NCBI GenBank assembly: GCA_008632985.1
Contig: QPGO01000012.1
Coordinates: 434,001-498,000 of the forward strand
Length of the DNA: 64,000 nt
Source of the DNA: Psammoneis japonica
Taxonomy: Eukaryota
Reading direction: 5' to 3'
Part shown: in pieces, positions 24,844 to 36,169 of the stretch
Layout: each line of letters opens with the position of its first letter
Position numbering within the stretch: the first letter of the stretch is position 1
The notes under the pieces: generated by a model
Told to the model about the DNA's origin: nothing
What the model saw: only the letters and a program-made list of their open reading frames with translations
Databases searched by the model: none
Position numbers and translations under genes: made by a program

Positions 24844-26688
24844 ATGTATAAATTGAGGCCAACAAGGAGAAGAAAAGCAAACTGTTTAATTGCAGCTTGT
24901 TGTCTCAGTTTTCTGCCGACAAGCAATGGGTTCCTTGTGCCCCCGCATTCAAACTTGGTTATTGGGCTTCGTCGTTCCTGCCATTTTCCCCGTTTTGCAA
25001 TGGAAACAGATGTGATTGAAGAAGCAAAACAACAACAAGAAGCTGTGATACCGGAGCTTTGCGAGGAGCCCATTGGGCAAATTGACACACTTGAGGGAGA
25101 AACGGCACGCAGCGGAGTTCAAGAATGGTTAAAGGAAAAGGTGTTTTTAGGAATAACACCGACGCCGGAAATTATCGTGAGTCACAAGTTGATTTGCGTA
25201 TTGTTTACGCCAATCGCTTCTTTATCTTATTGATTGTTTTCTTTAAAAAAAATCATGCATAGGCAATCATGACGATATATTTTGTAGAAGGAGCCTTGGG
25301 CCTTGCTCGATTGGCACAAACATTTCTGCTCAAGGATGAGCTGCATTTGGGGCCAGCAGAAATGTCGGCGCTTACCGGAATTTTTACCTTGCCATGGACC
25401 ATAAAGCCGCTGTACGGGTTTCTTTCGGACGGAGTACCACTCTTTGGCTATCGACGGAGATCGTATTTGGTGTTGGCTGGAATTCTGGGTTGCTTAAGTT
25501 ACACCATGGTCGGAGCCGACTTTTGGGGGCTGCTGGACGCGGGCACTGCTACCGCGGATGCATCGGTTTCGTTGCTTTCGGGACATGTATTCGTCTTGCA
25601 AGCCACTGTTGCGGCATTGCTTGTAAGCAGCGCTTGTATCGCCTTTTCCGATGTAGTGGCAGATGGAATTGTTGTTCAGAGAACTCGTGATTCCTCGGAT
25701 CCAAAAGTCGCGGGTGGGTTGCAGTCCTTGTGCTGGGGAAGCGCGGCTATCGGAGGTCTCATATCTGCTTATTTCAGTGGCTCGCTTCTTGAGACCATGA
25801 GCGCGAGAGATGTGTTTTCCATCACTGCTGTCTTGCCCTTTCTCGTTTCGGCCATATCACTTCTCATTGATGAGAAACCAGTATCGCAGTTAAAAGCAAC
25901 AAACGGACAAGCCGCGCCTGTATTGCCAGAAAGCATCCAGGATCAAGTATCGTCGCTATGGTCAGCTGTAAAGCAACCGGCAATTTGGCGTCCTGCTCTG
26001 TTTTTATTTCTCTGGCAATCGACACCCACAAGCGATGGCGCATTTCTCTACTTTATGACCAATGACTTGGGTATGGGACCAGAGTTCTTGGGGCGTGTTA
26101 GACTTGTCACTGCGTTTGCTGGCTTGATTGGAGTCTGGATGTACCAAAAGTTTCTTCGCACCGTACGTGATGTCAAGAAGTCTTTCTCTTACTCATTTTC
26201 AAGAATCCTTTTGCTCATTTCTCACCAGACTCGTCCTTTTTGTTGCTCAGGTCCCGATAAAAGACATATTGTTTTGGTCATCGATTGCTTCGGCACCGCT
26301 TGGCCTGTCTACACTTTTACTCATTACACACGCCAACCGTTCGCTCGGCATTCCAGACGGTGCTTTTGTCTTTGGGGATGATGTTGCATTGGCTATACTG
26401 GGGGAGCTTGCCTTTTTGCCAACCCTTGTTTTGGCGGCACGTATATGTCCTCCTGGAGTCGAAGCTGTGCTGTTTGCGACACTTATGAGTATTTTCAACG
26501 GCGCGTCAACGGTTGGAACCGAAATTGGTGCTGCTCTTACGAAATGGTTGGGCGTGACCGAAAACAACTTTGACAATCTTGGGCTCCTCACGATTATATG
26601 TAACATATCTTCGCTGTATCCGCTATTTTTCATCGGGTGGTTGGATGAAGTGGGCTCCAAGTCAGAGGAAGAACTGGAGAATTCATAG
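24844..26688 (+). CDS. Folate-biopterin transporter (BT1/FBT family, MFS), 3 exons, probably plastid-targeted
   Basis: IYFVEGALGLARLA, LPWTIKPLYGFLSDGVPLFGYRRRSYL and AARICPPGVEA.LFATLMSI motifs. Introns 25177-25262 and 26163-26250 (GT..AG). Signal peptide ends SNG|FLVP, resembling the ASAFAP-type bipartite signal. Confidence 0.93.
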
Positions 26689-27419
26689 ACGGCAGCTGAG
26701 GTGGTGGTAAAAGGACGTCGCGGGGCCGCCCGGTATGGTACGTCTCCGTCTCAGTCTCGTTGCAATGTACACTATATGAAAGAGAGACTAAACAATTAAG
26801 TATGGATACCCTGCTATCATCGGGCATGGTACTGGGGAAATCTCATGATGCTGACTTACAAGTCTTAAATGAAACCAATTGTAATTGATTTGGAGTTGCT
26901 ATGATCTCCTTGACTATTGAATAGACTCGCTGTTATCCCGACTCGAACACCACTGGTGATTGGGGCGATTTTCTTTTAGTAGTGACGACTGTAAGATAGT
27001 AAGGTGAAACTTGGGATAATTGATTTTAGCTTTTGAATTTCCACAGTTCTCCCTGCTAATGACCCTGCAGAAACCGTTTTCATTTTCGTCTCGAAGCCAC
27101 AAAGTACATCTCAGAAGTGCCGTTCAAACTGGTTCAAGTTTCAGAAGGATACTGTACGTGTGTGGCCGTAATCGGCCTGTTTGGCACTAACTGCAGTGGA
27201 CGGAGTGACGGGGAGTGATGAAAGAGACGAAAGAATAGAATGCAATTGGTCACATGATATGGATTAGGTTAGAATACATGTTTGGGACTGAGAATTGGAT
27301 TTCGTTCTCAATTATCTATGTATCATGAGATGATCTTGATTCGTTTTCTATTGCCCAGAATCCGTCGATTGCTACAACATCAATGACACCTTTCTCTTTT
27401 CGATTGGTCGATCAATGAG

Positions 27420-28481
27420 CTAGTCACCACTGCTGCCTGAAAAGGCCTGGTCCGAAATGTAAATACTGCATGGGCAGACGCAACCGTAGATGAAGCAGTT
27501 ACAAAACGTAATGGACGTGCCATTCGCTTCACGGCCGCACATGTCGTTGTCTCGTTCAAAAAACATGTAATCCGTGAGAACCATGGTGGAAAGAACGTTT
27601 GCTTTCTGTAGAGGCGTCACATCCGCTTCCTTAAAGGCTACATCGTAAAGGTCCGAGTCGGTAAACGCTTCACGCAGTGCTTGCGTAAAGGATTTGGGTC
27701 TGATTTTTGTAATGGAGGCGTAATCAAAGGTGAGCTGATGAATCTCATCCACGCCCATGCCATCCTTGGACTTGGACATTCCAAATTCGCTATCACAACA
27801 CAACTCCGAGCATCCTCCAAAGAAGCACGGGCCTCGAACAGCGGCAAACTGAGTCGTTTTCTCCGTCGTGTCGTCACCACGGTCCATAATTTGCAACACG
27901 GGCTTGAATTTTCCGCCATTGATTGGCTGAACGGTCTCTCCAAGCATATTGGACTTGTCTCTTGTTCCTTTTGTAGATCCGGGGATTGCGCCTTCTCCAA
28001 AATCTCCGGCATACAAGATTGCCCGGTCGGAACACTCGGGCTTGCACGCAAACCAACACAAACAGGGCTTGGGACATGGGTCAAAGCAATCGCATCCTTC
28101 CCGTTCCATCGTCATGACGGGCACGCCCACTTGTTCTCCCATGTCATCCACAAGAAAGAAATGCGCAAAGAGAGAATGGTTGGGCGCACAGCAACAACGG
28201 TTCAAGTCGCCCGATTCCTCTTGAACGACAAAGAGCTTCCTTTTCGTTTCCTTTTCAAAAATGTCATAAATGTTTTTCTGTTCAAAGCTGCGGAAAACAC
28301 AATGTCATTCATCCATGTGGCACAGACAATAGATGATCTACAGCAATGGAATCTTCTCCACAAAAAAAAGAACTCACCAACCCTGTGTGATGGCTTCTCC
28401 CCAGCGAATTCGCTGTTGAATGTAAAACTCGTCCACCTCTGCCAGCACCTCTAGGACTCGAGGATCAAGTCTAGCCGTCAT
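27420..28481 (-). CDS. Phospholipid scramblase-family protein, 2 exons
   Basis: Exon 1 reads MTARLDPRVLEVLAEVDEFYIQQRIRWGEAITQG. Intron at ~28377-28288. Cys-rich RCCCAP, GPCFFGGC, REAFTDSDLYDVAF and KANVL....LTDYMFFE are typical scramblase motifs. Confidence 0.85.
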
Positions 28482-29253
28482 GATGCACAAACAACTGTCC
28501 TCTTGGTTCGTCTAGCTAGTAGCGTCAAATGTCAACTGTTTGGAATCACAAAGGCAGGAACACTGTTCTTGCGCACCCGCACTTCTTGGAGTTCTCTTTT
28601 CGAAAGATCGCATCTTTTGGATGGATTCTCCTTGGTTTCGAAAATTTGATAGACGTATCCATCGATGAATACACTTTATCCGTTACTCATCCGTCATCCG
28701 GGACTTGAAACTTGACTGAACATCTCCACACCCCGTATCACTGACAAACTTACAGAAAGAGAATCAGGAATTTCGATCGATTGCGTTATCACTCACGAAT
28801 CTCGGCGGTATTCCCGTTCTTGAATCCAAGATTCCTTTTCGGGTTTGAATTCAATAAGTTTTGTTCAGTCTTGAATATATTATATTTTGAATCTCACTCC
28901 AAGATGATTTTCTGTTGGCCTTCTCATATGACGTCATTCTGATTTCTGATTGGCTAAAATACAAGTAACGGTATTTCCAAAACGTCAGACCTCCATCCGA
29001 CGTCATTGTGCCAGAGCAGAATTTGGCGGCGACGCGTCCTGTCAGCAAACCAACGGTTTTCGCACAGAGTGACACGCAAATGCACGATTTGAAAATAAAC
29101 GCGTCTCGCGCAGATTCTCTCACAGTGTCAACGAATCTCGTGTGTGTGTGTCATTGTGTGTATTCAAAAAAGACATTCCTTTCCCTTCATAAAACTTACA
29201 GTCTGAGAGAGAGACGACTACAGCTGCTTGTTGTTTTGATTATTTACGGTACA

Positions 29254-31233
29254 ATGCATATGAGTTCACAACGACGACGACTTGTTGTTGCAGCGGCATT
29301 GCTGCTGTTGCTGCCGCTCCATGTCGCGGCACTTCAGTTGAGACTGCCCTTGACTACAAGTCGCATCCAAACAACAACAACAAAATTGCAATATCGAGTT
29401 TTAGATCAAGAAGAAGAAGAATACTCGACAACACGACGACGGCTACGCATGCCGTCCTTTTGGAAAGAAAACAACAACGACGATGAATTGCATCAACCCA
29501 ATCACTTAAGTGAACAACAACAACAACTTGCGTCCGAACAAAACAAGAAGAAACAACGAAAATCGATCAAAACTGTAGACGAACTACGCCAAGCCATTCT
29601 CGATGATGGATTGGAACTCAAGGAGCTCGACAATGACGCAACGGAAACGGACGTGTCCATGGAGGAATTATTGAATCATGAGGTCATTTCGTTGCTTGCC
29701 AAACGCTTTCACGAACATTCGGTGCCGGGTCACCGCAGCAAGGACGACACGGCCAAATTGGCATTGAGCATTGAGGGCGGCGGGATGCGGGGTGCCGTCA
29801 GTGCCGGTATGGCATCGGCCGTGGCGTGTTTGGGACTCTGTGATGCCTTTGATGCCATTTATGGAGCCTCGGCGGGATCGATTATCGGTGCCTACATGGT
29901 GTCGAGACAAATGTGTGTCGATGTTTATACGCAAGTGCTGCCGGCGGCCAAGCAAAAGTTTGTCTGCAAAAAGCGACTCGTGGCGAGTCTTGCCGTGAGT
30001 GCCATGGAATTGCTTTTTCGCAAAACGGGAGTGCCGGGATATAATGCGGGAAGTGGTGGCAAATTGAGAAACCCCGGCATGAACATTTCGTTTGTGTTGG
30101 ATGGAATCATGGATCAAGAGACGGGATTGCGGCCGTTTGATTTTGAATCCTTTGCCCACAACAATGTCAAGCAACCGCTGCGAGTCGCCTCGTCGGGAGT
30201 ACGCGGTGGACAGTTGGAATCGCTTTGTTTTGGATCGGACGATTTCTTTTCCAACAACAATTCCACAGACGGTCTCTTTGCGTGTCTTCAAGCCAGCATG
30301 ACGGTACCCGGTGCCACGGGACCACCCGTACCCGTGTGGCATGACGGCAAACTCAAGCAGTGCTTTGATGCCTTTTGCTTTGAACCCGTCCCGTACCGAT
30401 CGGCCGTGGCGGAGGGAGCGACTCACGTGTTGGTCCTACGAAGTCGTCCACAGGGATTTGTGGCCAAAACGAAACCGGGCGTGTACGAAAAGGCCGTCAC
30501 ACCTCTTTACTTTGCTACTCATGGACAGCCCAAGGTTTCCGAGTTTTTTGAACGAGGTGGACAACAATATATTTATTTGGAAGATATTTTGACCTTGGAA
30601 CAGGGCAAGAACTCTCCCCAAGATGCCGTTTTTGTTCCACCCGCCGACATTTTATACGGCGTTGATCCCACCACCAAGACCTTGTCGCAAAGCACCAGTC
30701 GCGACCAATGGAACAAGGCTCACTTGTTACCCATTACGTTGCCCAAAGGCACGTTGGAATTGTCCACGTTGGAACAAGACCAAACCAAGGTACTCGAAGC
30801 CGTCCGCCACGGCTTTTCGACGGCATACGACTTGTTGGCACCCGCGATTGGACTTTCGTTTGATGATGAAATGACGGGACAAAAATTGGCCGAGTTGGTC
30901 TTTCCCAATGATACAACGTCATTTGAAGAAATTCTCGAAACACCCCTGGCCGTCAATGGGACGGTCATTTTGCCATCCGCTGCGCCCAAACGAAAAGGAC
31001 GACGACGACGTGTCCTTGTCAGTGGTGTCTTGAATTACGCACGACGCAAAAGCACACGGGTGCGATCTCTGTTTAGCAAACGAAGAAACAATAACAAGCT
31101 CACATTGGCGCAACTCCAACAAGAAGAGGAGGCCGCCATGGATGCTACCGTGGCGAGTTTGTTGCAGCACTTGCCCGGCATCAAGGAAGTGCCGCATTTG
31201 GCCCGAGGATTGCAACAAGAGCGGCAAGCGTAA
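29254..31233 (+). CDS. Patatin-like phospholipase with N-terminal signal/transit peptide
   Basis: EGGGMRG oxyanion motif, GASAG nucleophile and catalytic Asp in CFDAF. A hydrophobic signal follows the ATG at 29254/29260. Confidence 0.9.
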   Translation: MHMSSQRRRLVVAAALLLLLPLHVAALQLRLPLTTSRIQTTTTKLQYRVLDQEEEEYSTTRRRLRMPSFWKENNNDDELHQPNHLSEQQQQLASEQNKKKQRKSIKTVDELRQAILDDGLELKELDNDATETDVSMEELLNHEVISLLAKRFHEHSVPGHRSKDDTAKLALSIEGGGMRGAVSAGMASAVACLGLCDAFDAIYGASAGSIIGAYMVSRQMCVDVYTQVLPAAKQKFVCKKRLVASLAVSAMELLFRKTGVPGYNAGSGGKLRNPGMNISFVLDGIMDQETGLRPFDFESFAHNNVKQPLRVASSGVRGGQLESLCFGSDDFFSNNNSTDGLFACLQASMTVPGATGPPVPVWHDGKLKQCFDAFCFEPVPYRSAVAEGATHVLVLRSRPQGFVAKTKPGVYEKAVTPLYFATHGQPKVSEFFERGGQQYIYLEDILTLEQGKNSPQDAVFVPPADILYGVDPTTKTLSQSTSRDQWNKAHLLPITLPKGTLELSTLEQDQTKVLEAVRHGFSTAYDLLAPAIGLSFDDEMTGQKLAELVFPNDTTSFEEILETPLAVNGTVILPSAAPKRKGRRRRVLVSGVLNYARRKSTRVRSLFSKRRNNNKLTLAQLQQEEEAAMDATVASLLQHLPGIKEVPHLARGLQQERQA

Positions 31234-31621
31234 AGAATGTACAATAATTGTAACTATACTATAATATTCTAGCATTTATGTTCTATTTCTTGAAACATGC
31301 ACATTTTTCTCCCTGACGCGCAGCAAAAGCCATACACGGATTCATTCTTGCGCTAGTTTCCTGAAAAAGCCTGAAGTATTAGGTACAGTTAGCTATGCAA
31401 CTCAAAAGAGCGGAACAAAGGAACATGTTTCCTAACGAGCCTTAAATCTAAATGTTAATGACTGGCCACTCGTTTCAATACAAAGATACTGTAGAGCACT
31501 CCAGTAAGTAGGTTTTTCCGCGCACAACCATGCTCCACCCACGTCCGAGACAACAAGAGTCATTGTACACCACAAACCATACAATGCCCGCAAAACCACA
31601 TTACTGCAATTCTTTTCCACC

Positions 31622-31987
31622 TTATTTCCACCACGAGTTTCCTCCTTCTTTGGCTGCTTCCGTCGCTGCAGCTTGACTCGTCGAAGCGGTAGCACTTGCC
31701 CTGCTGCTCGCTCGTCGTTCTCCGCCACCCCACTTGCTCGATTGCTGTTTTCTTGACGACGACCATTTTTCTTGCAAGGACTGTTTCTTTTGAGCTCGTT
31801 CCCGTTTCTTTTGTTCAAATTCTTCGACACGTTCCTTGTGACGGCGTTCCTGCTCGCGAGCGCTCACGGGCTGACTTTTTTTCGGGACATTGCTCAGTGA
31901 CTTTTGACCCGTGGCTTCATTCAAAAAGTCGGTTGTTTGCTTTTTCGCATTGGCTACCGCCATGACTGCGGATGCGTCGTTGCCCAT
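31622..31987 (-). CDS. Small coiled-coil hypothetical protein (121 aa), possible N-myristoylation (MGN...)
   Basis: ATG-initiated ORF with a charged helical core (REQERRHKERVEEFEQKKRER) and a plausible 5' leader. Confidence 0.6.
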   Translation of the reverse strand: MGNDASAVMAVANAKKQTTDFLNEATGQKSLSNVPKKSQPVSAREQERRHKERVEEFEQKKRERAQKKQSLQEKWSSSRKQQSSKWGGGERRASSRASATASTSQAAATEAAKEGGNSWWK

Positions 31988-32169
31988 TGTATTGTTGTTA
32001 TTTTAGAGTTGTATAGAGATGCTCTCTACTTCTACACAAGAGGCTTTGTTGTTTGTTGGTTTTTTGTTTGTGCGTTTGCGTTGGGCACGATCGCGATCCA
32101 CGGGTCACTCTTGTGTGAGTTTGTCGGTGATTTTTGCGGGGGGTGCGAAGTGACAGACAGACGTGTGTA

Positions 32170-33350
32170 GATGTTTCAACCATGCCAAGGGATTGTACAC
32201 CTTCGTGAGAAGGACTGTTTCGATTCTTGGGAGACACCTGACCTGCACACCGAAGCGATTGGTGAGTTTCATGAGTCAAGTCTTCTGAATCAAGAGATGG
32301 CAAAGGAAATGCGAGAACATCACTGGGTGGAAGATGGGTTGCCTCTTGACCCTTCTTCACCTGGTGCGCCGCTGGGTCGGCCCAACACGTGCTTGAATTA
32401 ATCCTCCCAGAGATGAAGGGTGAACTTGATGTCCATGCAAAGCTCTCAAGCGCAGTGTGGATGATGCTGTCAACTTCTTGATGCAGTGGTTTGGAGATGA
32501 GATGTGACGTTGTTGATGCAATGGAGGCAGCGGCAAACACCGCCGGCCGGGAACAAGTCATCAAAAGGGTGGGCATTTGAACTCAAACAGCTGGAGGTGA
32601 TGAAGAAAGCACATTGTGCAGTTCTTCATCTGAGGTGCATGTCTCATTCACTGACCATGGCATCGTCTTTCAACCCACACACATGAGGCTCACTGTGACT
32701 CCACAAATCTCCACAAAGAGAAATGGACGAGAGCAACGCATTCATTGTTTGGTGTCTGAAGTGGGACTCCAAGGCTGTGTTCTGACATTGCCACTTGCAG
32801 CAACAGGACCCTTCACATTGCCAGTGTCAATGATTTGGGACAAATCAACTTTTCTCAATGCGAGCCGTTGCAGTTCTGAAGACACACACCCAGACACATG
32901 TGCAAAAAAGCCCGGGACAACAGAAAAATGGTTGACACTAAAGTCTGAGCATTGCAAGGATGGTCCATGGAGAGCACACATCCTGCCAAGCCTTCCAGAA
33001 GTGCTGCAAGAGGAGGGAGCGAAGGGCACGCTGCTCATTTTCCGAAAAATTGCGAGAGCTCTCCCAAAAACGCACCTCAACTCGAAGATCCATCCCCAAG
33101 CTTGCCAGAACAAGTTGCTCAACCTTTCCACTTGAACAAAGAACTCTCTGAGACGGTCTTTGGTGCTGGGCTTTCTCTGGCAGCTAGAGAGTGGCCACCA
33201 GCAGTGAAGAGGGGCCACCCGGCCCGGGCGTTTATCCATTTGCTTTGCTTGACACGTCAGCAACTTGCAGCACAGGAGACCATACCTGTTGACGCTTGCA
33301 CGCCACGCAACACGCAACACGCAAACTTGGAACTCATGAAAGAATGTTGA
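32170..33350. other. Isolated 1.2-kb TpA-depleted island (unidentified decayed repeat or gene fragment)
   Basis: Only about 6-7 TA dinucleotides in 1.2 kb by manual count, between flanks with normal TA content. Confidence 0.7.
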
Positions 33351-33402
33351 GAGTTGTTGCAAAGAACAAACTATAAAAGAAGTCTTTCAGCATATTTCAA
33401 AA

Positions 33403-34650
33403 ATGATGTCACGTGGACGAATAAGGGTCCAATTGGAATGGTGTGTCGTAATCCTTTTGGCTAGTTTACTGCTCGCAACAATGCCTTCTTGTACCGCGTT
33501 TTTGCCTGTGCATCATCCACCACGCAGCAGAGGTGCAAGTCCAACAGCATTGCACGCTTCTTCTTTTTCCACTGAAAAAGCTTTGTCCAATGATAAAGAA
33601 AACAATTACTCGGCAGTTGAATTTGTGGATTCGGAAACCAATACAAAAGTCGTCTTGTTGGGATGTCTCCATGGTTCCAAGTCGTCGGCGGCACACGTGG
33701 AACAAGCATTACTACTCGACGAAAACACAAATGTCCTCGTCTTGGAGCTCTGTGCGTCACGGTTTGCCGATTTGAAACGAGCCATTCATGACGAGCCACA
33801 GTCTCAACAACAAGGCCTTCGATGGTTCCAAGTTTTACTGGAGACGATTCAAAAACGTGGAATCGCCACGGGATTTGCCACGGCTGTGTTGGGCGGGGCG
33901 TCGGGATTGCAAACGGCCCTTGGTGGATTTGAACCCGGTTTGGAATTTACGACCGCCATGAAACTTGTTTCGAATAACGAAAAACTAAAGGATTGTGATG
34001 TCATTTTGGCGGATCAAACCGTCGAGGAAACACTCGAAAGATTTGGATCGTTGCTCAGCGAGTCACTCGATATGATGCAAGAATTTGTGGAGCGCGGCTT
34101 GAGTTGGGAGGAAACCTATGGACGGGAATCGACCGCGCTACAATGTGCCGTGTTTGGTGATTTGGAATACCAACCCACACAACAAGTCAACATGGGTCGG
34201 TTCTTGACACAAGATCCACAGGTGCGGAGTGATTTGATCCGATTGACATTGGCTCCGTTGGTGTTTGTACAGATTTTCGTTTCCGTCCTGGCGCATGTTT
34301 TGTTTCAAACACATACTGGATCCTTATCACTATTGGATCAAGTTGGACTCATCATGGACATGTCGTCCTTGTCGTCCACCGACATGCTTTTTTTGGCGTC
34401 CAATGTCGCTTCGGATTTGATATCCAGCGCGGCACTCTTGGGTTTGGGATATGTCACGCTGGCATTGCCTGCCACACGATTAATCTTGTGTGAACGTGAT
34501 GATCAGTTGGCACGAGGTGTACAAGCCGCGTGTCGATTGGCGGCTCGACAGAAGAAAAACAACAACGACAATGCAAGAGTCGTGGTGGTGCTGGGACTAC
34601 TGCACGTCAATGGGGTAGCAAAACGATTGCTTTCCAAACAAAACCAATAG
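33403..34650 (+). CDS. TraB/PrgY-domain protein with signal peptide
   Basis: VVLLGCLHGSKSSA, VLVLELCASRF, GLEF, VILADQ, LCERDDQL and VVVVLGLLHVNG match TraB family motifs. Signal ends CTA|FLP. Confidence 0.85.
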   Translation: MMSRGRIRVQLEWCVVILLASLLLATMPSCTAFLPVHHPPRSRGASPTALHASSFSTEKALSNDKENNYSAVEFVDSETNTKVVLLGCLHGSKSSAAHVEQALLLDENTNVLVLELCASRFADLKRAIHDEPQSQQQGLRWFQVLLETIQKRGIATGFATAVLGGASGLQTALGGFEPGLEFTTAMKLVSNNEKLKDCDVILADQTVEETLERFGSLLSESLDMMQEFVERGLSWEETYGRESTALQCAVFGDLEYQPTQQVNMGRFLTQDPQVRSDLIRLTLAPLVFVQIFVSVLAHVLFQTHTGSLSLLDQVGLIMDMSSLSSTDMLFLASNVASDLISSAALLGLGYVTLALPATRLILCERDDQLARGVQAACRLAARQKKNNNDNARVVVVLGLLHVNGVAKRLLSKQNQ

Positions 34651-34838
34651 TACCAAAAATTTGAGACGAGTCGTCGCCTCGCAATTTTAATAGAGCACAA
34701 ATTTTTGTACAATGATGTTTTGAATGTTAGACTACGGTACGTCCGAGTCTGTATTCCAAGAGACTCAGAATAAAAGACATTTGAATTGTTCACCATTCTC
34801 ATAAACGCACAAATACAACTCCCTCGCTATCCCCATCT

Positions 34839-35397
34839 CTAATGATTGTCTTGCACATCCGCACCCGCCATGGTCAAGGTATCGAGAAGAATGGCATTTT
34901 CTACCAGCATCATGTTCATGTCGTTACGAATCGTTTCCAAATCGCGAATCCATGTGGCGGCTTGCTCTACCAAGGGTGAGTAGGTTGGTAGTAGTGAGTC
35001 GGCTTGTTGAAAGGGGACGTTATTTTCCGTCTGCTCGTGGGGTTCGTGAGAAAAGGAGTTTTCGTTGAATGAAACCGTAGTATCCATGTTTGGAGAACGA
35101 GCATCGTCTTCGAATCCACCACGTTTCTCTTCATACTCGTCCTCCAATCCATCAATATTATCACGACCCGCCTGATGAGATTTCTGCTGCTGCTGCTGAA
35201 TGGAATACAATCGATGATTCGGCGGCGGTGGCGTAGCGTCCACCACGTGGGACGATGATGATCGTCATCATTATGCCTTTTGCCGCACGACGACGGGTCT
35301 CACTCGGAGTTACAAACGTGGACGACGGACTAGCAAGTAGACTCATATTGACATTATCCAGTGTCGGAGGCGGCATGGTGGGACTTTGAAAGCTCAT
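34839..35397 (-). CDS. Hypothetical low-complexity protein, apparent frameshift near 35250-35280
   Basis: Two overlapping ORFs (35161..35433, 34839..35246). The C-terminus WIRDLETIRNDMNMMLVENAILLDTL is coiled-coil-like. Confidence 0.4.
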
Positions 35398-36169
35398 ATT
35401 GCAGATAGAAGCGTTGTTGTGATGTGTTTGCAATGTCGATTGTTTGTGTCATTGTTTGATGGCGGAAGCGAGTAGAAGCGTGACTCGAAGCCTGCGCGAA
35501 CTGCGCGAATTATGATACAGCATTTGGCGCGGAATTTGAGAATCAATCGTGATGGAACGGATAAGGTTTAGAATTATTTTGATTTTTGAAAGAAACCGAT
35601 GATGCTCTATTTAATACTAGCTACTAGAGTAGCGAGTAGAAGTATGTGAGAAGCGTGGTGCGTCAATGCTATTTCACTGAACAATCATGGCTCCTGTCCT
35701 CTTGTTTTCTTTTTGTTTTCCGTTGGATTCCTCGTGCTCAGTGTGGTTGTGGCTTTGGCATTTCCATGTCCAGTCGCGGGAAAAGACTCCGGGGCAGATT
35801 TTGTTAGGGCACTACATTGGAAGCATCAGATTGGAACTGACATTCGTGATTTGGTGTCATGCAGGAGAGATGCGAAAAAGCAACGTCTGTGAGTCGCTGC
35901 TGGGTCGGAAAAAAGTGCAGATTACTAGAAGTACAATATATATGTTCCTTGCAACATGCGCGGTTTCATTTCAGGAAAGGAGATGAACGTACATCTGATC
36001 TCGCTGGTGGAGTGTGGCGAAACCACGCACCCATGTTCTGCTTCGCACCGCGTGTGAACTTCAAATTGGTTTGCACGCAATACGAGCTTGCAAGTGCAAC
36101 AGCTCAAAAGGGCGTGGTTGACAACGACCCTTTGTCGAGAGACTATGAAATTGCTGAAGAGACCCGGTA

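Noticed and set aside
29008..29253. N-terminal extension of the patatin ORF from the GTG at 29008
   Set aside because: The signal peptide follows the ATG at 29254/29260. The upstream part looks like promoter or UTR.
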